Below, one piece after another: positions 14,787 to 28,078 of a stretch of DNA of 64,000 nt. The translations under genes and the position numbers were made by a program. Numbering within the stretch: position 1 is the stretch's first letter; every line of letters begins with the position of its first letter. The stretch is from Flaccisagitta enflata. Its lineage: Eukaryota. The stretch spans positions 30,132,001 to 30,196,000 of the forward strand of contig OZ231126.1 of NCBI GenBank assembly GCA_965153355.1, read 5' to 3'. A model generated the notes under the pieces. It saw only the letters and a list, made by a program, of their open reading frames with translations, ran no database searches and was not told the origin of the DNA.

Positions 14787-16419
14787 GTGTGTGTGGCGGG
14801 TGTGGAGGGGGGCGTTGGACGCCCCTGCCCACCCGTACGCAACGAAATAGTGACCCCGCGTCACTTGTTTTTCTTTGCTTAGCTCCGCGGGCAGCCAGCT
14901 TCATGAGTCAATTCAATCGGTCCGTCCGTTCAAGTCGAAATTGTCATTTCTGATTCCTCGAGTGGTTCTGGGGGACACTGCAATGGACACTTTCGAAGGT
15001 CATTCCATTTTCATGTTTTTGGTTGCGGACACGCCACTCTATAAGAGACTTTGTCCGTCCGTCTGTTGGTCCGTTGGTCCATCCGTTGGTCCGTACAGGA
15101 TCATAGAGTTGAATTGTGGGAAAATGTTTGAGTGTGGGGGTGGTTTGGGGTGTGGATGGGGGTTGGATGCCCCTGCCAACCCGTCCGCAATGTTATTGTG
15201 ACCCCGCGTCACTTGTATTATGGTCATAAAAGTGGAAATTTGCATATTGAATAGATAGTTGTGAAGGATCGCCATAAAACACCAGTTGGAATCCTAAGGT
15301 TCTTTTCCTTATTCTATTTTTGTTTTAGTAGAATGTTGTCCATTAGCATTTTCTCTGTTTTTGGTACCGTGAACTCTTGTAGCAAAGTTTGTCCATTTCA
15401 TCATACCTGGTATCGCTGACAGATACATAAACCAACAAAGATAGACCATCCAAGATAGTCATAGATACTAACTAGGAACAGATGGACTACATGGTATAAT
15501 CAACCATGTTGTGATAAGGATGCTCCTCTTAATCGTACGGTACTCGAATGCTTTTCCTGGTTTCGAATGTTTTCACTTCACATTTCAGTCGTTTTATGAT
15601 TTTTAAAGGAATCTTTCCGATTTTCTTTGTCATGGGAATAGTCTATTTTATTTGTTTATCCAATATCTTTTTCAAGTTGAAATTCGCGTCCTTGTAATAA
15701 ATCCAAATTGGAGATGCATCTCATTTGAAGATTGAAAAAAATGGTGAAAAAAAGAAGTGCATTGTAGAATGTAGATGGTAGAATCCAACTGCTGCGAGCT
15801 TGCCAGTGATTTGTACATCTGAATTTAGTGACATTTTAACGCAAACATGAACATTTGTTTGTCCCATGGATATATTGTTATTCTTTGTATTTTCATATAT
15901 ACATTTGACATACATTATACATTATTCTATGTAGTGTTGCTTCATGTACGACAGCATATCCATGAATTGCTAATGTGTTATGTGTATTAATGATGCCTTG
16001 GAAGCAGCGAGTGCAGGAGTAGGTTGTGTTTATCTAGCAAAAAGATTGCTGAACGTGTTGTTGACTTTGTTCTCCTTACGTTAACTTGCAAATGATTTTT
16101 GATGATTGAATCGAAAGCAGCTGAGTGGTCGAGGTGGGAACCACGATCCAGACGGAAGGCTCAGAGTAAAATGAACATTAAAATTCTTCTGACGAGCAAG
16201 CATAAGATTTCAAGAGGGGAGTTTCTTCTTGAGCAAAAACAGAAAGAAGTTCAATTTCGACTGATGAACGTGAGGATTCGATGATCGCGATTTTAAGGTT
16301 CTTTTTTTTACTTAAAATTACAAATTAAAAGACTAAAATTTGGCAGAAAAAAAAGTACTCTTCGAAAAATTCGAGTTTAAATTGAACCAAGTGCAACTCT
16401 TGGATCTTTTTCTCTTCTC

Positions 16420-16550
16420 ACCTTTGAAGTGAGCATAAAAAGAAATATTGAGCCGAAAGAAAACCCAGAATTCTAAAATGAACCAATAGAAATCCTCGCT
16501 TTGGCGATGGGCGACCAATCAGAGCGAGTCTCGCGGGTGGCAACCAATCA
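16420..16550. promoter_or_regulatory. Candidate promoter: three co-oriented CCAAT boxes
   Basis: CCAAT at 16483, 16515, 16544 in CpG-containing unique sequence. Confidence 0.4.
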
Positions 16551-17149
16551 CAGTCAAGAATGGTCTTCGAGATGGGTTTTTAACTTTTTTTTTTGCTATT
16601 TTTTTTTCTCAGCAGAAAGAAAAGAGGAGAATGATAAAACGACTTCAGATGATCTCCAATATTTCCGACCAAAATGTTTTTTATTCGTATAAAGAGATTG
16701 TTAATCACGAAGCGAAAATATTCTCAATCTTATGCGGTGGTAGTATTCAATTAGTCCTTGATTTTTTTTTGCCTCTTAGATGACTTTTCATATGAAAATA
16801 AGGATGAGAGACGGGGAAAAAAGAATAAACTGAGAAAAGGTTTTGATGCTGCGAACGAGGACGAACTCTCAAATATTCCTCTGCCATTGGTCCAAAACTT
16901 TCATGGCTCAACTAGACCCGGCACCAGGAAAGATGGAAAGGTTTTTTTTCTGTGTATGCTTGTTAACGTATCTGAGTGTGTATGTGCATGTGTGCATGTG
17001 TGCAGGTTTGTGTTGTATGTGTTTGAGCATTAATCATTAGTGTTTGACTATTCAGTGCGTGTGTGTGCGTGCCTATGCGTGTTTTCAAGAATGGGATGAA
17101 TAAGGCGCTGCTGAAAGACACTAGTCAGCGGAAACCAAACGTTTAAGGG

Positions 17150-17761
17150 CTCAAAGACGGTGAATTTTCGAAGGAAAATTAAGTGTTTCACCATACTTTT
17201 TACATCATTATTGCACAATACTAGTGTAGGAATGCTTTTGATAAACAAATTGTCTTTAAAGACACTTGGTGTATACATATTTATCATATTCTGACCTCAA
17301 AAGTAATTCAAACTATGCAATTCACATCAAAACAGACAAAATCAAGATTTTAATGAAATCTTGCTTACGTTTTTTATCTTTTCTTGCCGTTTAAATTCTA
17401 AGACTTTCAAATGCAGGGAAATTTTGCATTTTCAAAAATATAGTTCTCTCTGTAATTGTTTTTGGAAGAGAACTATGTTTTTTATTTTCTCATTTTTTCA
17501 TTTTCTATGCAATCTTAGAATTTAAACGGGCCCCCTGTCAGTGACCAAATATGAAATTTTCTGTAATTTGCAATATATTTTCTTTATCAACTTTACCAAT
17601 ATTTGGTTCTATTTCATGATTTAATGCAAATTTTGCAATATAATGATAACTGTGACATATTTCAATGATTATTTTAGTATAATCATTCCGTTTTATTCAT
17701 TTTTAATTTTTGATTTTAGCCCCCGTTGAAACACAAATGTTGCCTTCGGAAGTACGCCGTC
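17150..17761 (+). repeat. Unclassified ~610-bp dispersed repeat, copy 1
   Basis: Colinear with 21623-22240 (attttgcattttcaaa..atagttctctct...gaactatgtt...tgtcagtgac...caaatgttg.cttcg). Confidence 0.7.
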
Positions 17762-18014
17762 CAAAGTGCAAAGGTTTTGGGAAGATGAGGTTAGCAGATA
17801 ATTGGTAAGCAACTCTGTATAAAAGAAGGGATGTACAAAAAGCAGCCAGCAGCCTCAAAGGGAATAATGGTCATTGACCAAGCATACAGAAATTGTCACC
17901 TACCTGCTTAAATAAAATCATCTGAATGGGTATGTATATTTCTCCTGAGAAACAGTTAGGCATTCATCACACTATTTTGTGCACTTACTGTCATCAATCA
18001 TTTAAGGCTTTAAA

Positions 18015-18642
18015 CACGCCACGGGGGAGGCTTTCATAGGTCAAGAAAAATTCTCGGTCATAATGGTGAGTGGTTTAGGCCTCAGAAGGTATACTTTATC
18101 ACTTCATATCAAAACGAAAATTTTTTTACTTCGAAATTTTTTAAAAATGCCGTAAAATGCCGTAAAAAGACATAAAAATGGCATAAAATGACACTAAATG
18201 ATGACGGTTAGGCGTGTATTTAGGCATGAATGTGTCTTAGTGCCAGATAATCATCGTTTGCCCATTCTTATACCATAGCAGCGGTTTTGGATAAAAAAAA
18301 CTATCAAAAATGTTATTTTTACGGCTTTTTACAGCATTTTACTGCACAAAATGTTACTTAATGATGACAGGTTGCCCTGTATTTATGCATGAATGTGTAT
18401 TAGTGCCAGATAATCATTGTTTGCCTATTTTTGAGCATAGCAGCGGTTTTGGACCAAAAAAATTGTCAAAAATGCCAATTTTACGGCTTTTTACGGCATT
18501 TTACGGCATTTAAAAAAAATCTTGAAGCAAAAAAATTTTTGTTTTGGTATGAAATGACATAGTAAGTCTTCCTGAGGCCCAAACCACTTGCCATAATGAC
18601 CGAGAATTTTTCTTGACCTATAAAAGCCTCCCCCGTGGCGTG
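18015..18642. mobile_element. Fold-back MITE with CACGCC ends, 4-bp TSD TAAA
   Basis: taaa|CACGCCACGGGGGAGGCTTT...AAAGCCTCCCCCGTGGCGTG|taaa; ~165-bp TIRs around two ~160-bp direct repeats (18196, 18358). Confidence 0.85.
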
Positions 18643-19016
18643 TAAAAGCATTATATAAATATACGGAAAAGAGATTTTGAGCCTGTTAGGCAACTGGATC
18701 ATTTTGGGCTCTGACTGTAAATTACGGTGTAAGAGATCGAAAAGTTTTTGGAACGGCGTATGGAAAAGGGATTTTGAGCCTGTCAGGCGAGCGAGTCTAA
18801 ACAAAGGTCAGGGACGACTAAAAAATTAAAGACACGCTGAAAAATTGTCGGCTGACTGAAAAAAACTCGGCGTATTCAAACTGAATTTAAAGGAGCAATT
18901 TGCGCCAAGTTCGTGTCTGCTTTTGTCTCTCTTTTTATTGGTACGTTTGGTAAATGAAAATAAGTCTTATGGAATTACATTACTCGTTTTAACAGAAGTG
19001 GCCCCCACCTGGGTGT

Positions 19017-19057
<41 letters not shown>

Positions 19058-19181
19058 GGGACAGATATGCAGACAGAATAAGCGGAAAGACGGTAGAACA
19101 TTGAAAGAGCACTAAAACAAGCTCCCAAAACAGATAGTAACCCTCGACAAATTTATTTGTTCATTAACCTCATTTACTAAG

Positions 19182-20126
19182 TTTTTAGATGCGTCCTCGC
19201 ATCTCTATAAGAGGGTCTGTCCCTTGGTCGGTCTGTCTGTGTGTGTGTGTGTCTGGAACGCGAAAATTTTTAAATGCGATTTTCAAGGTTTTCTCTTCAT
19301 TTCTCTTCATGTTTCTTCTTGTCTCTTATATTTCTTTTGTCTCTTGCATCTCTTTCGTCTCTTTTGTCTCTTTTGTCTCCTACATGTCTCTTATGTCTTC
19401 TATGTCTCCTATATGTCTCTTATATCTCTTTTGTCTCTTATTTCTCTTATATATCTTATTTCTCTTATGTCTCTTATGTCTCTTATGTCTCTTATGTCTC
19501 TTATGTATCTTTTGTCTCTTTTGTCTCTTTCGTCTCCTTTATGTCTCCTATATGTCTCTTATGTCTCTTATGTCTCTTATGTCTCTTATATCTCTTACTT
19601 CTCTTATGTCTCTTATATCTCTTTTTTCTATTATGTCTCTTATGTCTCCTATGTCTCTTATGTCTCTTAGTGTCTCTATATGTCTCTTATGTCTCCTCAT
19701 GTTTCCTCTTGTCTCTTCATGTCTCTCCATGTCTCTCCAAGTCCCTTCATGTCTCTTTGTGAGAATGAGGCGGGAGAGTGTGGGGAGGTGTGGGGGGAGG
19801 GGGGAGGCGTGGGTGGGGAGGCGTGGGGGAAGGGGTTGGGAGGCGTGGGGGAAGGGGTGGGGAGGCGTGGGGGAGGGGTGGGGAGGCGTGGGGGAGGGGT
19901 GGGGAGGCGTGGGGGGAGGGGTGGGGAGGCGTGGGGGGTAGGGGGGGGGAGGCGTGGGGGAGGGGTGGGGAGGCGTGGGGGAGAGAGAGAGGAATCAGTT
20001 TATATCTTTCTCTTTTCTCTGAATCTTTTTATTTTCATATTATTATATCTTAATATCTTAATAAATTGTATGATAATATCTTACGTCTAAAGAGGACGCA
20101 TCTATTGGACATCTCTTGGCCTTGTT
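19182..20126 (+). mobile_element. HINE-like family B copy carrying ATGTCTCTT 9-mer and G-rich arrays
   Basis: tttttAGATGCGTCCTCGCATCT 5' hairpin; 3' GAGGACGCATCT subterminal IR then ...ggccttgtt. Confidence 0.78.
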
Positions 20127-20193
20127 AAAAAGATTTAGGATTAGAAAATGGAACAAGAAACGTAATCAAATTAAGGTAAGTGAGAGAGAGAAT

Positions 20194-20254
<61 letters not shown>

Positions 20255-20390
20255 CGCAAGAGAAAGGGAGAGAGAGATAGAAAAGTTGAAACTTTTTTCC
20301 GGGGTCAAATTGATCTGCGAATTCAAAATCAAGATCAGTTCCCGGGATAGAATAGAAAATGTTACTCGCTCACACGGCTCATTTACCTAC

Positions 20391-20978
20391 TTTTTGGGCA
20401 GCGGCCCCGAAGGGAACGAAGTCCTGTAGAACACAGGGGGAATCTGTCCGTCCGTACGTACGTACGTCCGTCCCCCCCTCCTCAGGGCTTCGTCTCCTTC
20501 GGGGCCTATTCTGACCCTAATTCTGCCAAATAGCCCAAATCCAAGCAATATGGCCCAAATTTAAGCAAAATGACCCAAATCCAAGCAAAATGGCCCAAAT
20601 CTTGCCAGAAAACCCCAATTCTGGCCTGAGGTCCATCATTTTGGCCTCCAATACCTAGATTCTGACCAGATTTGGGCCATTTTGCTTGGATTTGGGCCAA
20701 TATGCTTGGATTTGGGTCATTTTGCTTAGATTTGGGCCATATTGCTTGGATTTGGGCTATTTGGCAGAATTAGGGTCAGAATAGGCCCTGAAGGAGATGA
20801 AGCCCTGAGGATGGGGCAGGGGGGGACGAACGGACGGAGGGACGGACAGATTCCCCCTGTGTTCTACAGGACTTTGTCCCCTTCGGGGCCGCTGCCCTGC
20901 TCCCTCTCAACTTAAATCACATACTACTCAAGCAGGGCACGGGTACCGCTGACCACTTACCGCCTTTGGGCTGCTATT
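20391..20978 (+). mobile_element. Palindromic interspersed element (family C) with inverted 20-mer arrays and an 80-bp unique tail
   Basis: 20396-20898 is a ~500-bp inverted repeat; tail ...cagggcacgggtaccgctgacca...gcctttgggctgctatt. Confidence 0.8.
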
Positions 20979-21622
20979 CATTCATTCATTTCATCATCCG
21001 TTCATCAAATTATTCATTTATTTATTCTATCATTCATTCATTCATTCTTTCATATATTCATTCATCTGTTCATGCTATCATTCACTCATATATCTCTTGA
21101 TTCACTACATTCATTGATTGTCTACCGCTGCCACCGCCACTGTTGCGACCTTTTCTCCCACCGCCACCACCGCCGTTGCTGCCATTTTAGCTGCCCCTTG
21201 AAGCGGCTCACTTCCTTCCTCCCCCCCCTCACCTTCGCCTTCTTTTTGGGACTCCTTTGCAGGCAATTCTTTTTCATATTTTTGCCTTCCGAGGAATATA
21301 TTCAGTTGTTCACTAACCACCTTTGAATGGTAAATGTTGCCGGCGATAAATGGCGGCGTCGGCGGCGTCGGCGGCGTCGGCAGCGTCGGCTTTCGTCGGC
21401 GGCGTCTGCGGTGGCGAAATCTCTTCATTCAGGATCCTTTCAGTTTCTTGTTTCTATTTTCCTATTTTCTCATCACGAATCAATGTTGAACGCCTTTTCA
21501 TTTCCTCATTAAAGATCATTTCATTTCTTCACTAATTGTGGGTTCTTTCATTTTCTCGTCCAAGATCATTTCATTTTCTGGCTTTAAAGTCGCTCCATTT
21601 TGTAATCACAGACAACTAATAG

Positions 21623-22240
21623 AGGGTAAGACGTGAAATCTGCCAGGGAAAAATGAAGCGCTTCACCCCACTTTGCATCAATAATGGACTAATTATCTAT
21701 CCACAAATGTTATCATTGCTCAAGTTGTCACTGGATACACTTGATATGTACGTCTGTTCCATATTTTACGCTTTAAATCGCCTTTTGATAAACAATTCTC
21801 ACGAAAAATGGCAAAGAAATAAAGATTTTTAGTGAAATTCTGTTGACATTTTTTTCTATTTTCTCAGGTCGAAATTATAAGAAAGCCCTGCTCAAAAGAA
21901 TTTTGCATTTTCAAAGACATAGTTCTCTCTAAAAACGATTTGGGAAAAGAACTATGTTCTTTGTTTTTTCATTTTTTCATTTTCTATGCAAACTTATAAT
22001 TTCGACCAACCACTTGTCAGTGACAAAAAAGAAATTTGTAAAAATTTTCAGTAAATCTTCCTCAGAAATTTATGCTAAATCTGAGTCTCTTGCTAAACGG
22101 ATGCAAATTTTGCTTTAAAATATCATACATGTCTTATCTTAATCACTTTTATTCACTTGTTTTTCTATTTTCTCTCATGTATATTTTCTATTTTGACCCG
22201 TTTTGATACCCCAAATGTTGGCTTCGTGGGCACGCTGTCG
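21623..22240 (+). repeat. Unclassified ~610-bp dispersed repeat, copy 2
   Basis: Diverged copy of 17150-17761. Confidence 0.7.
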
Positions 22241-22286
22241 TAATATCATTTCCTCATGCGAGCGCGAGATTATTTCATTTCCATAT

Positions 22287-24171
22287 CACTATGGATCCTG
22301 AGAACCACCAGGACGGTTTTTGAATTACTGTAAGTTTCTTCTCAGTTTTGTACAGTCCTCACATGCAGGAATCAAGATCCAACCATTAAAAGATATTTCT
22401 TGAAGCCCTTTTTGAAAAAAATTCCAAAATCAATAATTTTACATCCTATGTCACACACAAAATTTACTGAACATGTGAAAAATATTTCATGACAGCATAT
22501 TTGAATTCCTGATATTGGTATCATCACCTTTGTGATTTGATGGATGTGTTTTCAACGGGTGAATGTTTGACTTATTGATGCTAGGTCAACAGGCAGTGTT
22601 GCCTTCCTTTACTAGCTAAGTGAATTTGAATTTGAATTTGATGTTATTTTCTTATTTGATAGGTTGCACTATATATTTTCATGAAAAAAAAATTTTTTCA
22701 TTGTTTTACAGGGTGTTTCACGCGTTTTGAGGTTTAAAGAATCGACATAGCTTTTCTCCTAGAAAAGCTATTCCAATTCTGAAAAAAGGTCTGAATAAAT
22801 CTTAAAGTGCAGTTTTTTTATGTCACCAAGTTTTTGTATTTGTGTTTTTTAGCTTGGGAGCTACGGGAGTTTAAAGTAAACAACATTATCCAGTTAACTA
22901 ACCATGGTAAAGAAAAAAATGGACAACTTCTTTTACTAGTTTCTGGTCAACTATTGGCCTGAACTACAAAAAATCCATGACTGTTTAAAAGCTCCGCAAA
23001 AAATCTTCAAAACGCGACGTTGCAGGACATTGTAGCGTCATTCATTTAGAAATGGCAAAAGACTAAAGAAAATAATCACAAATTGAAAAAAATGCTCCTT
23101 TCAATTTTTTTTCCATCGAGAAATTTTACTCTTTTCGTTTTTGTCAATTACAAACTCAGGATTGTCTTAGCTACTCGATATCCATGAGCAAATTAAAGAG
23201 CCATGAATTTTCTATAAAATGGAGCCAAGAACAAATTTCCAACTCAATTTGTTCAATTTCTATGTTACAATAAAGATAGCCTATGAAAATCAGGTGTTAC
23301 TGACTTTCCAAATTCTTGACCACCTGTCTTCATTCTTCTGCCATTTCTAAACGGATAGAGATATGACAACCAGCAAGGTCTCATTGGAAAGATCTTTCAC
23401 AGAGTTTCAAGATGGTCATGGATTTTGCTATGTTTTTCTTATTGCTTGGATGTGAAACGCTAACAAACAAGTAGTTTCCATTTTTTTGGCCATAATTATC
23501 CGGATTAAAGATGCATGCTGGATATGGTTGTTTTCTTCAAACATACATAGTGGGCATATTTAAAAGCGCAGATATAAAAAATTGGTGACATAAAAAAACT
23601 GCACTTCAAGATCTATTCAGACCTTTTTTCAGAATTGGAGTAACTTTTCTAGGAGAAAAGCTATGTCGATTCTTTAAACCTCAGAACGCGTGAAACACCC
23701 TGTAGCCGCCGTTACTGATTTTGAACAGCAGCTAAAACAAGGCCGGATACACGGCAATCCAGTCGCGGACAGTTGGGCAGGAGCAATAATGCAAAAAACG
23801 CTCGGAATTCAAAAATATGACGTACCGACCTACTGACCTACTGACCAACACAGCAAGATGTAGAGTCGCGTGTCCGTGACTAAAAATAAAAACTTTATTT
23901 CTTAATGAAAATATACAGTGCGACTTATCAAATGAAAGGAAATTCCATCAGGAATTCAAATATGCTGTCAAAATATTTTTTATCTGCTCAGTAAATTTTG
24001 TGTGCAAAATCAAATGTAAAATTATCAAATTTGGAATTTTTTTCAAAAAAGGCTCCAAGAAATATTTCTTAATGGTTGAATCTTGATCCCTGCACATGAG
24101 GACTGTACCAAACTAAAGAGAAACTTACAGTAATCCAAAAATCGTCCTGTTGGTTCTCAGGATCCACAGTG
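22287..24171. mobile_element. Long-TIR element with CACTATG/CACTGTG ends, 4-bp TSD ATAT, hosting nested insertions
   Basis: atat|CACTATGGATCCTGAGAACCA...TGGTTCTCAGGATCCACAGTG|atat; ~225-bp imperfect TIRs. Confidence 0.85.
22709..23702. mobile_element. Tc1/mariner-type MITE (TA|CAGGGTG ends)
   Basis: ~140-bp TIRs CAGGGTGTTTCACGCGTT...AACGCGTGAAACACCCTG, TA flanks, no ORF. Confidence 0.88.
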
Positions 24172-24501
24172 ATATGAAGGCTATCCAGTTCAGTAATCAC
24201 ACATCTTTTCATTTCAGTCGCTCCCCAATATTCTTTACTATCAAAGAAAAACCCCCATTCTGTTTTCAGCCTTATGATACCATAAATGACTGAAACATTA
24301 AATGAAAGCCTGATTCAATAGGTCAACCTCTTTTATCAGTTGTGTGATCTAAGCGCTGTTTCATCTCTGATTGACTAATTAACCTTTGTGTGATTGATTT
24401 ATTGATGATTATCTGATTGTCATGATATCATCGATTATCATTATGATGTCTTTGTGTCCACCTTCCTATCGTTATACATAATATACATCTTATCATTATT
24501 T

Positions 24502-24899
24502 GGAAAAAAGTCGAAGAATACCTTCGGCTTTTTGAGACCTGCGGAGAAATTCAGATTTCCCTTTTTCCCGTGAGTTTTTTGGGAAAGTTGATGCTTTTAT
24601 CGGGCCGAATGGGACTACGCATGAAATTAACAGCTAAGAAAGAGCTTAATCTCCTCTTTCAGATGACGCCAAGCAGAATTCTGTGCGTTCTATAGTTTTG
24701 GAGCTATGATTTTTTGAATCTTTTTTTATTTTTCCGCATTTTTCGCGTTTTCCCAAAAAACAAGGAATCAAGTTAGTTGAAGTCTGTTTGAACTTTAAAA
24801 TGTCCTAGGTGATAATTGTTCACTCTCTTTTCCTCTCCCATTTTCTCGAGCAGCATTTACGACTTTTTTCCTACGGCGATTAGCCGCCCTTATTGGTAC
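24502..24899 (+). mobile_element. HINE-like family D copy
   Basis: GGAAAAAAGTCGAAG..CTTCGGCTTTTT 5' hairpin, CGACTTTTTTCC subterminal IR, 3' CGGCGATTAGCCG stem-loop; homologous to 47374-48200. Confidence 0.65.
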
Positions 24900-25042
24900 T
24901 GATAATCATAGCAGGATGGACATTAACAGCGATGTATGGCAAGGGACTTCAGGGACATTACGTGACGTCCCTGCTGTTGGGCTTGAAAGTCTATCGGGCT
25001 TGAAAATGTATTGTGAACAAATTTAGAAGGAAAGGAATAAAA

Positions 25043-25105
<63 letters not shown>

Positions 25106-26139
25106 AGAGAAAGAGAAAGAGACTGGCTGACAGACAGACAGACTGACAGATAAACACAACAGAAAGACTTATTTGAATCAAATCCTATGGGGGAAATAAT
25201 AAATAAGTTTGCAAAATGAAATGAAGCAAGGGCTTGATTGATATGTGATGATGATTAGTATGCTTTGCCCCCGCCTACTATACAGTTTTTTTAGATACTT
25301 TTTTTGCACTATACATAAAATTGTATGAATCAATTGAAAACAGATCTATTTGACAAAGAAATGACCATCTAGATGAGAATCACTCGTTTATTTGTTACTT
25401 TTTGGCTAGTATTGGCTTAGAAAGTATAGAAATCAAAGCAAATCAGTGAAAAGGCTGTAGTGCTTAGATTTGCTGTCGTGCTTGGAATTGGCTTTGAAGT
25501 CCCTAGGCTCCAAGCTGCCATACATCGCTGGACATTAATATTGGTATATTTAATTCTCAACGACAGTTTTACGTTTCTTACCCAAAAAATGGGCTATCTG
25601 AAAACTGCTGTACACAAAGTACACACAGTCTGCGCCGATTACAATTTTCCAAGTATTAATGTAACAACCATTTTAATCACTCTGTTTTTATCAATTTCAC
25701 CTTCGCCACAAATTTAAAAAAAAATTTAGACCACCCTCCTTATTTCAATTTCTCGAACCTTGGAAAAAAGGGTTTTATGACCCATCTTCATCACAGTCGT
25801 CATCGACGTCATCATCGTCGTCGTCATCTTTTACAACCCCCGCAAAGTTTTACAGCCACCCTGTTCATCATTTACGATCCTCAACCCTCCATATTTTATG
25901 ACCAACCCCTTGGGAAAAAAGAAGCGGGGATGACCATTTTCATGTTTGCCATTTTTTGAATAACAGTTTCCCTTGTTAGGAAGACCTTTTGCCATGTTAT
26001 AAATCTTTAAGTTGTAAGGACCATTTTCGTATTTGCCATTTTCTTTGAATGACCGTTTATCTTATCACAAAGACCTTTTGCCAAGTTTTAAGTAATAATG
26101 ATAATTTTCCGTATTGGTTTTTGGATTAGATCACAAGAA

Positions 26140-26480
26140 ATGGTTGTCATTTTGAAATGATTATAAATCAAATAAGACTGAAGAGCAACCATACTTAACT
26201 GACTATTTTCCACGCATGTACAAACGAAAAGCTGCCATGCTCAGCTAGTCGTATACATCTTCCCATCACGTAACTGAGGCAGGGCTTGCTCCTGTTGTGC
26301 TGTATCTATGTTTTTTTTACCTCAGAGATTTGTAACAACAACTCCAATGTCTCAATCAACTTCTGCAAACTAGTCTGACTGTCTGTATTAAGTAAGTCTC
26401 AAGAGAAAAGCTTTTTTGTATCGATCTTAGTCAAAGTTTTGTGCGAAGAACACCGACACCCAACGGAAAATCAAATCAAT
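26140..26480 (-). pseudogene. Possible decayed LINE reverse-transcriptase fragment
   Basis: DSQTSLQKLIETLELLLQISEVKKT resembles the post-YADD S..LQ.L...GL.IS.KKT segment; weak. Confidence 0.25.
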
Positions 26481-26619
26481 AATTAAATTAATAAATAGAT
26501 ATCTCCTCTCTTTGTCTGATGGAACATTTGCGATGTTGCATTGACTGGAAATTGAATGGCGCTGTTGAGGAATAGAATCACTTCATGTGTAAGTAGAATG
26601 CCATTGGACGTGATTAAAT

Positions 26620-26970
26620 TGCATCATACATAGACCATAGTTAAATGACATCATTCGGTACTTATGGTAGACGATAGTACCATATGGTATAAAATGGAAT
26701 CACATAGCTATAGAAATGAAGGGCATCCTATGGTATAGAATGGTATAATTTGGTTGGGAATGGTATGGCATACAATTGCGTCAATTAGAGACATAGTCAA
26801 AGGGTATCTTTTGGAATAGAATGGTATAATTTGGTATGGAATGGTATGGTATGGTATATGTAGTGGAGATTGACATTACACGGAAGAGAATGACATCATA
26901 TGTTAGAGAATGGCATCATATGGCATAGATTTCAAATACGGATTGACATCATATGGAGTTGAATGGCAAG
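26620..26970. repeat. Degenerate ATGGTATAGA/ATGGCATCAT 10-mer array
   Basis: Periodic atgg(t/c)at motifs. Confidence 0.6.
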
Positions 26971-27176
26971 GGTAAAATTGCCGCAAGAGCTATTATAGAA
27001 AGGCATCATTTTCACGCAGTTCGCCAGATTTCAAGCCCGGACCAAAATTGCCAATAATCTCTTCATTGCGACAAAGAGTACAAAATCTTACGTAAATCAA
27101 TTCTTCCCAAATAACCGATTGAAAAAGGCTAATCAGTCTTGACGAATAAACTCATTTCAATCCTTCCCTCTGTATA

Positions 27177-28078
27177 CACTTATTTTTTTTTTATAAGAAC
27201 CAAGTTTATAAGAACGTTAGGCTTCAAATCGTCAAAAATTTAAGAACATGCTAAGAACATCAGAAGGCTTCATTTCTTCAAAAATTTAAGAACATTAGGC
27301 TTAAAATCTTAAAAATTTAAGAACATCTTTTTCTAGGCTGTTTTTTAATCAATTTTTCTTTGTAAATGGACAGACTCTGTATCTTTTCTGTTTATCAAAT
27401 CATGTCTCCCTTTATACAGCCTATATTTTTCTATTTTCATTGATCTTAGTTCACTTACAGAGAAGTGCTAAATACAAGGTGTGAACCCCCTAAAAACTGT
27501 AGCACCCCCACCTACAACTCTAACCAATTATATTACAGAGACTTTTAGGGTAAAGAAAGAATGTTTGTATCATTAGAAGTGGCGCCACCAGAGCTATTTT
27601 TAAATTTTGACCTCTAACTCAAAATATAACTAATAAACATGTTAAAATAAGCTAATTTTAAATATTCATAAAAACAAGGTTTTTGAACTATAATTTTGAA
27701 CTGGAGTGGAAATTTCAAAATCGCCCTGGTGGTGCCACTTGTATAGTCCTAAGCTATGATTTATAACCTAACACAAACTATTTATTGGTGTAGTTTGATC
27801 TGTAAGGGGGGGTGCTACAGTTTTAGGGGGTTCACATTCTATATTTCGCCTTCCTCTGTAAAACGTTTAAATCTGCTACTTAATTGTTTCATTGACATTT
27901 TCCATTATTTTCTCCTTAATGACAAATTTAAAACTAATTAAGAACATTCTTAATTAAAGGTTAAAAAGTGCGTTTAAATTAAGAACAATTTAAGAACTTT
28001 CAAGCCTTGAAATTGCTCAAAATTTAAGAACATTGAAGGCTTGCTCAAAAAATGACGTTCTTATATAAAAAAAAAGTG
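27177..28078. mobile_element. TA-flanked MITE with iterated TAAGAAC motifs
   Basis: ta|CACTT(T)nATAAGAAC...GTTCTTAT(A)nGTG|ta; many direct TAAGAAC copies near both ends. Confidence 0.8.
27475..27841. mobile_element. Palindromic MITE nested in the 27177 element
   Basis: GTGAACCCCCTAAAA(A)CTGTAGCACCCCC inverted at both ends, inner IR AAGTGGCGCCACCAG, TA flanks. Confidence 0.75.

Noticed and set aside
21111..21428. 105-aa GC-rich minus-strand ORF
   Set aside because: No recognisable domain; only a weak phase-0 GTAGAC donor, incompatible with the RING exon.
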